From Reyranellaceae bacterium (GTDB taxonomy: Bacteria > Pseudomonadota > Alphaproteobacteria > Reyranellales > Reyranellaceae), in the NCBI GenBank assembly GCA_050183765.1, contig JBFXAZ010000013.1, positions 2,265 through 66,264 of the forward strand: a stretch of DNA of 64,000 nt. The letters run 5' to 3'. Made by a program: the position numbers and the translations under genes. Position 1 is the stretch's first letter. Each line of letters opens with the position of its first letter. This document shows, one piece after another, positions 56,633-64,000 of the stretch. The notes beneath the pieces are model-generated. The model was not told where the DNA came from, did no database searches, and worked only from the letters and a program-made list of their open reading frames with translations.

Positions 56633-57519
56633 AGCTTCGCCGGATTGTCGACCAGCACGCGCTTGCGCAAGGCGGCGTCGGGCATCCAGCGGCCCAGCGT
56701 CTCCAGCGTCTCGCCGGTGTGGAACATCACCTTGGCACGGTGCGTGTGCGGCCAGTCGGTGCCCCAGACCAGCCGGTCCGGCCGCGCCGCGATCAGGCCC
56801 ATGGCGACATCGTCAGTGTCGCTCCATTCGTGGTCCTGCAGGCTGTTGCGGTAGGCACCGGAAATCTTCACCCAGGTGCGGCCGGTCTTCAGCAGGTCGA
56901 GCATGACCTGATAGGCGGGATTCGCCACGCCGTCGGGCGCCTTGATATAGGCCATGTGGTCGATCACCACGTCGACCGGCAGCGCCGGCAGGCGTGGCGC
57001 CACCTCGACCAGACGCTCGGGCGTGGTCAGCAGCTGGATATGCCAGCCCATAGGCGCGACGCGGGCCGCGAGAACCTCCAGCGCCTCGAAGCCGATGCCG
57101 CCGCCGGTCGTGACATTGAAGCGCAGGCCACGCACACCCGCCTCGTCGAGCATCTGCAATTCGGCGTCCGGCACGTCGGGCGCGCACACCGCGACGCCGC
57201 GCAACCGTTTGGGATGGTCGCGCAAGGTCTCGACCATCAGGCCGTTGTCGGTGCCGTGCACGCTGATCTGGACCAGCACGCCGTGCGTCAGGCCCAACCC
57301 GTCGAGCATGCGCAGATATTGCGCCTCACTGGCCGCTGGTGGCGTATAGCCGCGCGCGGCGACGAACGGATGCTCCTCGCCATCGCCGATGACGTGGGCA
57401 TGGCAGCAGCAGGCGCCGAAGGGCACGGGCCAGGCCGGCGCCCGCATCTCGGGTCGCGGCCCGGCGCAGAGAGGCGCTTGCTCCGTGGCGAGCGGGTGGC
57501 TGAGCGCACCGTGGGCCAT
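56620..57519 (-). CDS. Amidohydrolase-2 family protein (LigI/2-pyrone-4,6-dicarboxylate hydrolase-like)
   Basis: Metal/active-site-like motifs CCCHAHV, ...IDHM..., WGTDWPH. GGGAG RBS before ATG 57519. The 3' end overlaps the DUF35 gene by 13 nt (convergent). Confidence 0.78.
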   Translation of the reverse strand: MAHGALSHPLATEQAPLCAGPRPEMRAPAWPVPFGACCCHAHVIGDGEEHPFVAARGYTPPAASEAQYLRMLDGLGLTHGVLVQISVHGTDNGLMVETLRDHPKRLRGVAVCAPDVPDAELQMLDEAGVRGLRFNVTTGGGIGFEALEVLAARVAPMGWHIQLLTTPERLVEVAPRLPALPVDVVIDHMAYIKAPDGVANPAYQVMLDLLKTGRTWVKISGAYRNSLQDHEWSDTDDVAMGLIAARPDRLVWGTDWPHTHRAKVMFHTGETLETLGRWMPDAALRKRVLVDNPAKLYGF

Positions 57520-57596
57520 AGGTCATCTCCCGGGATGCGACGGTCGTTGCCGCCTTGCCCGCCAGTCAACCACCTCCCGCCGCGCGCGACAAACCC

Positions 57597-57824
57597 TCAG
57601 CCGTCGGTCGTGCGCACGATGTACGTCCCCAGCATGCCGAGCGTACCGCAGATCCACAGAATCACCGCGAAGACGGGCTCGTGCGCCAAGGCCGCCAGCG
57701 CCAGGCAGACAAGGGTGAAGGCGATATGCATCGACGCGAAGAATACGATACGACGGAACACCGAGAAGCTGTCTTCGTGGGCGCGCAGCTCGCGATCTGG
57801 TAACGGGACGGGAATCGTGGCCAT
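57597..57824 (-). CDS. Small two-TM membrane protein (possibly aa3-type cytochrome oxidase subunit IV-like)
   Basis: 75 aa: ...RAHEDSFSVFRRIVFFASMHIAFTLVCLALAALA... resembles the short bacterial CoxIV family only loosely. Confidence 0.35.
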   Translation of the reverse strand: MATIPVPLPDRELRAHEDSFSVFRRIVFFASMHIAFTLVCLALAALAHEPVFAVILWICGTLGMLGTYIVRTTDG

Positions 57825-57994
57825 GGCTCAATCCTCCTGGGACCGGAACGGAAGCCAGTCCGGCAGGGTTCCCGAGTCATGGCCGCGCAGGCGTGCCGGC
57901 TGGCTGAACGGATGGTCACATCTGCGCGCGCATCCGTTGACGACAGGTGGCTTCGCGCCCACCTTTGGCGCGGCGGGTTCGAGGGAGATCACCC

Positions 57995-58669
57995 ATGTTT
58001 CTATCGATGCTGTCCAAGAAGGCCAGGATGCCGGCGCCCGACCAGGCGCTCAGCGGCCGGGCGGACTACGTGTTCGAGATTCCGGACACCCACTTCGTCA
58101 ACGGCAACCGTATCCGGCCGCCGTTCCCCGCCGGGCTGGAATCGGCGCAGTTCGGCATGGGCTGCTTCTGGGGCGCGGAGCGCAAGTTCTGGCAGGCGCC
58201 GGGCGTCTACAGCACGGCGGTCGGCTATGCCGCCGGCTTCACGCCGCACCCGACCTACGAGGAGGTCTGCTCCGGCATGACCGGCCACAACGAGGTGGTG
58301 AAGGTGTGGTGGGACCCGAAGCTGACCAGCTTCGAGGCGATGCTCAAGGTGTTCTGGGAGAGCCACGACCCGACCCAGGGCATGCGCCAGGGCAACGACG
58401 TCGGCACGCAGTATCGTTCGGGCATCTACGTCGAGAACCCAGCGCAGCGCACGGCGGCCGAAGCGTCGAAGACGATGTACCAGGCGGCGCTGGGCCAGCG
58501 CGGTTTCGGCGCGATCACGACCGAGATCCTCGACGCGCCCGCGTTCTACTACGCCGAGGACTATCATCAGCAGTACCTGGCGAAGGTGCCCAACGGCTAT
58601 TGCGGCCTGGGCGGCACCGGCGTGTCCTGCCCGATCGGCACCGGTGTGACGGCCAGCGCCGCCAGCTAA
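57995..58669 (+). CDS. msrA: Peptide-methionine (S)-S-oxide reductase
   Basis: Start at MFLSMLSKK (ATG 57995 after GAGGGAG). Active site GMGCFWGAE, and the conserved YHQQYL near the C-terminus. Confidence 0.95.
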   Translation: MFLSMLSKKARMPAPDQALSGRADYVFEIPDTHFVNGNRIRPPFPAGLESAQFGMGCFWGAERKFWQAPGVYSTAVGYAAGFTPHPTYEEVCSGMTGHNEVVKVWWDPKLTSFEAMLKVFWESHDPTQGMRQGNDVGTQYRSGIYVENPAQRTAAEASKTMYQAALGQRGFGAITTEILDAPAFYYAEDYHQQYLAKVPNGYCGLGGTGVSCPIGTGVTASAAS

Positions 58670-59136
58670 AGCGTCACGAGCTGGCTACCCGCCGGCGTCG
58701 CGTCCAGCAGGGTGACGATGCCGGCGATCTCGTGCGGCACGTCCTTGCGCAGGGCGTCGCGATCGATGTTCTGCGCCCGCAGGCCCATCTCGCAGACGAT
58801 GACGCGCACACCCATCTCGACGCAGGCCGACAGCAGGGTCTCGAAGTCGCCGACGCCGCGCGCCTTGTAGGCGTTGTCGCGGGTGACGCCGGCGTCGAGC
58901 GCATCGGCGAAGCCGGCACGGCCGTCCGACGACGAGCCGTCATCGGCCGGCAGGCGCTGCCACAGCGGCTCGCCCGACTTGGCGTGCATCAGCGCCGTGA
59001 TCGCCTTCTGGGTGAAGAACAGCGTCGTCGGCCGCCCCACGGCGCGCGCCGCCGCGGCCATCGCCAGGGCGTAGTGCACGCGCTCGTAGTCGCCCGAGAG
59101 CGCGATGATCGACAGCGCAGGTGGTGTGTCAGCCAC
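58666..59136 (-). CDS. DsrE/DsrF/DrsH-like family protein
   Basis: Start at GTG 59136, overlapping the upstream stop (GTGGCTGA). [27 protein letters not shown]...[10 protein letters not shown] carries the conserved CEM Cys typical of DsrE_2-type proteins. Confidence 0.68.
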   Translation of the reverse strand: MADTPPALSIIALSGDYERVHYALAMAAAARAVGRPTTLFFTQKAITALMHAKSGEPLWQRLPADDGSSSDGRAGFADALDAGVTRDNAYKARGVGDFETLLSACVEMGVRVIVCEMGLRAQNIDRDALRKDVPHEIAGIVTLLDATPAGSQLVTL

Positions 59137-59953
59137 AATAGACCTCGTCGTAGCTGGCGCGCGCCAACGGCGCATCGAGTGACGTGATCGCCGGATGCGC
59201 GCCGCACAACGGACAGTCGTCGCGTTTCTGGATCTCGAGGCGCTCGACCGAGGCGCCCAGCGCGTCGTAGAGCAGCAGCGTGCCGGACAGCGACGCGCCG
59301 ACGCCGAGAATCTCCTTCACCACCTCGGTCGCCTGCCAGGCGCCGATGGTGCCGGCCATCGCACCCAGCACGCCGGCGGCGGCGCAGCTCGGCACCGCAT
59401 CGGGCGGCGGCGGCTCGGGGAACAGGCAGCGATAGCAGGGGTGCGGCGCGCCCAAATGCGCCTTCCATGTCGAGAGCTGCGCCTCGAAGCGCAGGATCGC
59501 GGCCGCCACCAAGGTGCGGCGCGCGAGGAAGCAGGCATCGGTCAGCAGGTAGCGGGTGGCGAAATTGTCCGAGCCGTCGGCGACGATGTCGTAGCCTTCG
59601 ACCAGCGCCATCGCGTTGTCGGCGGTGAGCCGCTCGGCGATGGTCACCACCTCGCAGTCGGGGTTGATCTCGGCCAGCGCGCGCCGCGCGCTGTCGACCT
59701 TGCGCACGCCCAGATCGGCGGTGCGATGGATCACCTGGCGCTGCAGGTTCGACAGGCTGACCGTGTCGTGATCGATCACGCCCAAAGTACCGATGCCGGC
59801 GGCGCCGAGGTATTGCAGCAGCGGCGCGCCCAGCCCGCCGGCACCGACCACCAGCACCCGGGCCTGGCGCAGCTTCGCCTGACCGATGCCGCCGATCTCC
59901 GGCAGGATGATGTGGCGCGCATAGCGCTGAAGCTGGGCTTCGGTGAAGTCCAT
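59129..59953 (-). CDS. moeB: HesA/MoeB/ThiF-family adenylyltransferase (E1-like)
   Basis: Start probably MDFTEAQLQRYARHIILPEIG. Nucleotide loop VLVVGAGGLGAP and two CxxC pairs (PCYRCLFP, CPLCG). No rhodanese domain. Confidence 0.8.
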   Translation of the reverse strand: MDFTEAQLQRYARHIILPEIGGIGQAKLRQARVLVVGAGGLGAPLLQYLGAAGIGTLGVIDHDTVSLSNLQRQVIHRTADLGVRKVDSARRALAEINPDCEVVTIAERLTADNAMALVEGYDIVADGSDNFATRYLLTDACFLARRTLVAAAILRFEAQLSTWKAHLGAPHPCYRCLFPEPPPPDAVPSCAAAGVLGAMAGTIGAWQATEVVKEILGVGASLSGTLLLYDALGASVERLEIQKRDDCPLCGAHPAITSLDAPLARASYDEVYCG

Positions 59954-59990
59954 GCCGGCGCTTATAGCACGCCACTGCCCGATCAAGCGC

Positions 59991-60314
59991 TCAGCGCTTG
60001 ACCTTGAAGAACGGCACCTCGTTCATGATCTGGTTGTTCTGCTGCACCAGCGCGCCCAGCTCGGCGCTCTTCTTCATATAGGTCTGCCAGTCGGGATCGG
60101 CCTGCATCGCGGCGCGCTTCTTGGCGCGGTCGGCGGCGTCGTCATAGGCCCAGATGTGCACGAAGCTGTTGACCAGCCCGGTCTCGGTGACGGCGTAGAA
60201 CACCGGCTGGCCGAGGTGCTTGGTCTGCGGCGCCTTGCCGAACTCCTCGTAGAGCTTGAGATGGGCGGCGATGGTGCCCGGGCGACAGACATAGGTGCGC
60301 ATATCGAAGATCAT
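59991..60314 (-). CDS. NIPSNAP family protein
   Basis: MIFDMRTYVCRPGTIAAHLKLYEEFG...NSFVHIWAYDDAADRAKKRAAM is a typical NIPSNAP ferredoxin-like dimeric alpha-beta-barrel pattern. Confidence 0.78.
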   Translation of the reverse strand: MIFDMRTYVCRPGTIAAHLKLYEEFGKAPQTKHLGQPVFYAVTETGLVNSFVHIWAYDDAADRAKKRAAMQADPDWQTYMKKSAELGALVQQNNQIMNEVPFFKVKR

Positions 60315-60381
60315 GACGTTTCCTCCTGGAGGCGTTGGACGAAGCGGAGCGTAGAGCTTATCCCGCATGGGCGGAATGCTT

Positions 60382-60448
60382 CTGTCATTCCGAGCGACGC
60401 GAGGAATCTAGCGGACTTCTGGATTCCTCGCTGCGCTCGGAATGACAG
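60382..60448. repeat. REP-like 27-nt inverted repeat hairpin
   Basis: CTGTCATTCCGAGCGACGCGAGGAATC (60382-60408), a 13-nt loop, then GATTCCTCGCTGCGCTCGGAATGACAG (60422-60448). Two adjacent mismatches. It lies between the cysK 3' end and the NIPSNAP 5' end. Confidence 0.7.
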
Positions 60449-60473
60449 GACGCGCGCGTGACTCCCTTCCGCT

Positions 60474-61433
60474 CTAGTACCCATCGAACAGCGCGGTCGA
60501 GAGGTAGCGTTCGGCGAAGGACGGTACGATCACGACGATGCGCTTGCCCTCGTTCTCCGTCTTGGCGCCGAGCTCGAGGGCTGCGGCGATGGCGGCGCCC
60601 GAGGAAATGCCCACCGGCAGGCCTTCGACCGAGGCGACCTCGCGCGACGTGGCATAGGCGTTGGCGTTGGCGATGCGGATGATGCCGTCGATCACACCCT
60701 TGTTGAGGATGTCGGGCACGAAGCCGGCACCGATGCCCTGGATGGGATGCGCGCCCGGCGGTCCGCCCGACAGCACGGCGCTGTCCTCCGGCTCCACCGC
60801 ATAGACCTTGAGACCGGGCAGGCGTGGCTTCAGCACCTCGGCGACGCCGGTGATGGTGCCGCCTGTTCCGACACCGGCGACGAAGATGTCGAGCTGGCCG
60901 CCGGTGTCCTTCCAGATCTCCTCGGCCGTGGTCCGGCGATGGATCTCGGGGTTGGACGGGTTCTGGAACTGCTGCGGCATGAAGCTGTCGGGGATCGTCT
61001 TCAGCAACTCCTCGGCGCGCGCGATGGCGCCCTTCATGCCCTTCTCGCGTGGCGTCAGGTCGAGCTCGGCGCCGAGAAAGCGCAGCATCTTGCGCCGCTC
61101 GACCGACATCGATTCCGGCATGGTCAGGATCAGGCGATAGCCCTTGGCCGCGGCGACGAAGGCGAGACCAATGCCGGTATTGCCCGAGGTCGGCTCGACC
61201 AGGGTCGATTTCCCTGGAGTGATCCGGCCGGCCTTCTCGGCGGCCTCGATCATCGCTACGCCGATGCGGTCCTTCACCGAGGCCAGCGGATTGAAGAATT
61301 CCAGCTTGGCGACGATCTCGGCCTTCACGCCGCGCTTGGCCGTCAGCTTCGACAGGCGGACCAGGGGCGTGGCGCCGATGGTGTCGACGATGCTGTCGTA
61401 GATGCGGCCGCGGAATTCCGGCGTGGCAGCCAT
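60474..61433 (-). CDS. cysK: Cysteine synthase A (O-acetylserine sulfhydrylase)
   Basis: Start at [27 protein letters not shown] (ATG 61433). PLP Lys context [11 protein letters not shown] and the GTGGTITG loop. Confidence 0.93.
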   Translation of the reverse strand: MAATPEFRGRIYDSIVDTIGATPLVRLSKLTAKRGVKAEIVAKLEFFNPLASVKDRIGVAMIEAAEKAGRITPGKSTLVEPTSGNTGIGLAFVAAAKGYRLILTMPESMSVERRKMLRFLGAELDLTPREKGMKGAIARAEELLKTIPDSFMPQQFQNPSNPEIHRRTTAEEIWKDTGGQLDIFVAGVGTGGTITGVAEVLKPRLPGLKVYAVEPEDSAVLSGGPPGAHPIQGIGAGFVPDILNKGVIDGIIRIANANAYATSREVASVEGLPVGISSGAAIAAALELGAKTENEGKRIVVIVPSFAERYLSTALFDGY

Positions 61434-61473
61434 TGCGCGCACTCCCCCAGGGTTCTTGGCCTCGACCCTAGCA

Positions 61474-61505
61474 CAAACGAAAACGGCGGCCCGCAGGCCG
61501 CCGTT
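61474..61505 (-). terminator. Rho-independent terminator after pnp
   Basis: On the minus strand, AACGGCGGCC-TGCG-GGCCGCCGTT followed by TTCGTTTG, 23 nt after the pnp stop codon. Confidence 0.6.
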
Positions 61506-61527
61506 CGTCTTGTGCGCTTCCCCTGGA

Positions 61528-63711
<2,184 letters not shown>

Positions 63712-63841
63712 AACGGTCAGTCCTTTCCCAATCGACGCCACGCCCCGTGACGCGCGCCGCCCGCCGATCGCCCTATGCGATGACGGGACCGCCGGAACCG
63801 CTCGCTCTCGCCCCTGGTCCGACGGTTGTCCTGCGAAAGTC

Positions 63842-63881
63842 GAGGCGCCGGTCGCGTTACCGCACGGGTAACCGGTGCCTC
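63842..63881 (-). promoter_or_regulatory. Long hairpin in the rpsO-pnp intergenic leader (candidate RNase III / autoregulation structure)
   Basis: GAGGCGCCGGT...ACCGGTGCCTC with an inner GTTACC...GGTAAC pairing. Its position, between the rpsO terminator and the pnp start, is analogous to the E. coli pnp leader hairpin. Confidence 0.35.
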
Positions 63882-63885
63882 GACG

Positions 63886-63914
63886 CGAAAAGGCCCCGCC
63901 GCAACGACGGGGCC
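63886..63914 (-). terminator. Rho-independent terminator after rpsO
   Basis: On the minus strand, GGCCCCG-tcgttgcgg-CGGGGCC followed by TTTTCG, a few nt after the rpsO stop codon. Confidence 0.55.
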
Positions 63915-63922
63915 GGTACTTC

Positions 63923-64000
63923 CTAGCGACGCAGACCCAGACGCTCGATCAGGGTGTCGTAGCGCTTGCTGTCGCGGTCCTTGAGGTAGTCGAGCAGCCG
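63923..64000 (-). CDS. rpsO: 30S ribosomal protein S15 (C-terminal 25 codons; remainder outside the window)
   Basis: The reverse translation of the window end gives [25 protein letters not shown], the canonical S15 C-terminus. It is upstream of pnp, as in most bacteria. Confidence 0.85.
   Translation of the reverse strand, partial: RLLDYLKDRDSKRYDTLIERLGLRR

Noticed and set aside
57845-57870. Possible general-stress (EcfG-type) promoter GGAAC-N17-GGTT upstream of msrA.
   Set aside because: The -10 element is GGTT rather than the consensus CGTT, and I cannot evaluate significance without a genome-wide matrix scan. The nearby 8-bp inverted repeat AACGGATG...CATCCGTT (57910-57941) is likewise too short to call.

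Overview
High-GC alphaproteobacterial chromosomal segment. The lineage call rests on an Irr regulator beside fabA-fabB-fabI, RegB/RegA (ActS/ActR-type), cytochrome c', and a perfect Irr 'ICE' operator. I can support about 60 protein genes and found no rRNA, tRNA, CRISPR array, transposase or integrase. Most of the window is core housekeeping: a liv-type ABC transporter, polA, gmhA-hldE, fabABI, regBA, msrA, cysK, pnp and the 3' end of rpsO. Many long ORFs in the supplied track are antisense or read-through artefacts of the high GC, so I moved several starts to internal Met codons in the same frame.

Unusual parts, most interesting first:
1. 35.0-47.0 kb holds a polysaccharide-export-like cluster: a Wza-like lipoprotein, an outer-membrane beta-barrel and a GumC/Wzc-type tyrosine autokinase. 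It contains no glycosyltransferase, flippase or polymerase. It does contain a type I secretion ABC/HlyD pair with a degenerate C39-like domain, and two paralogous secreted proteins I cannot assign to any family. Low-GC promoter islands punctuate it. This is my best candidate for an undescribed system.
2. 17.4-19.7 kb holds an HprK-related kinase / PqqD-like / PF14907-like nucleotidyltransferase cassette ('HPr-rel-A'-type, function unknown). It sits between ADP-heptose genes and an O-antigen-ligase-like protein with a long disordered tail.
3. 49.1-52.5 kb is a solitary, visibly lower-GC gene for a 1127-aa fused nuclease/N6-methyltransferase/specificity protein (type IIG/ISP-like).
4. A perfect Irr ICE palindrome lies in front of a rubrerythrin / CCG Fe-S protein / DUF3501 operon.
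5. Smaller items: an orphan antitoxin with a decayed ParE/RelE toxin, a caspase-fold protease with a peptidoglycan-binding domain, an XRE-S24 repressor lacking the catalytic Ser, and two palindromic intergenic repeat elements.

All family assignments come from reading motifs by eye. No database search was run.
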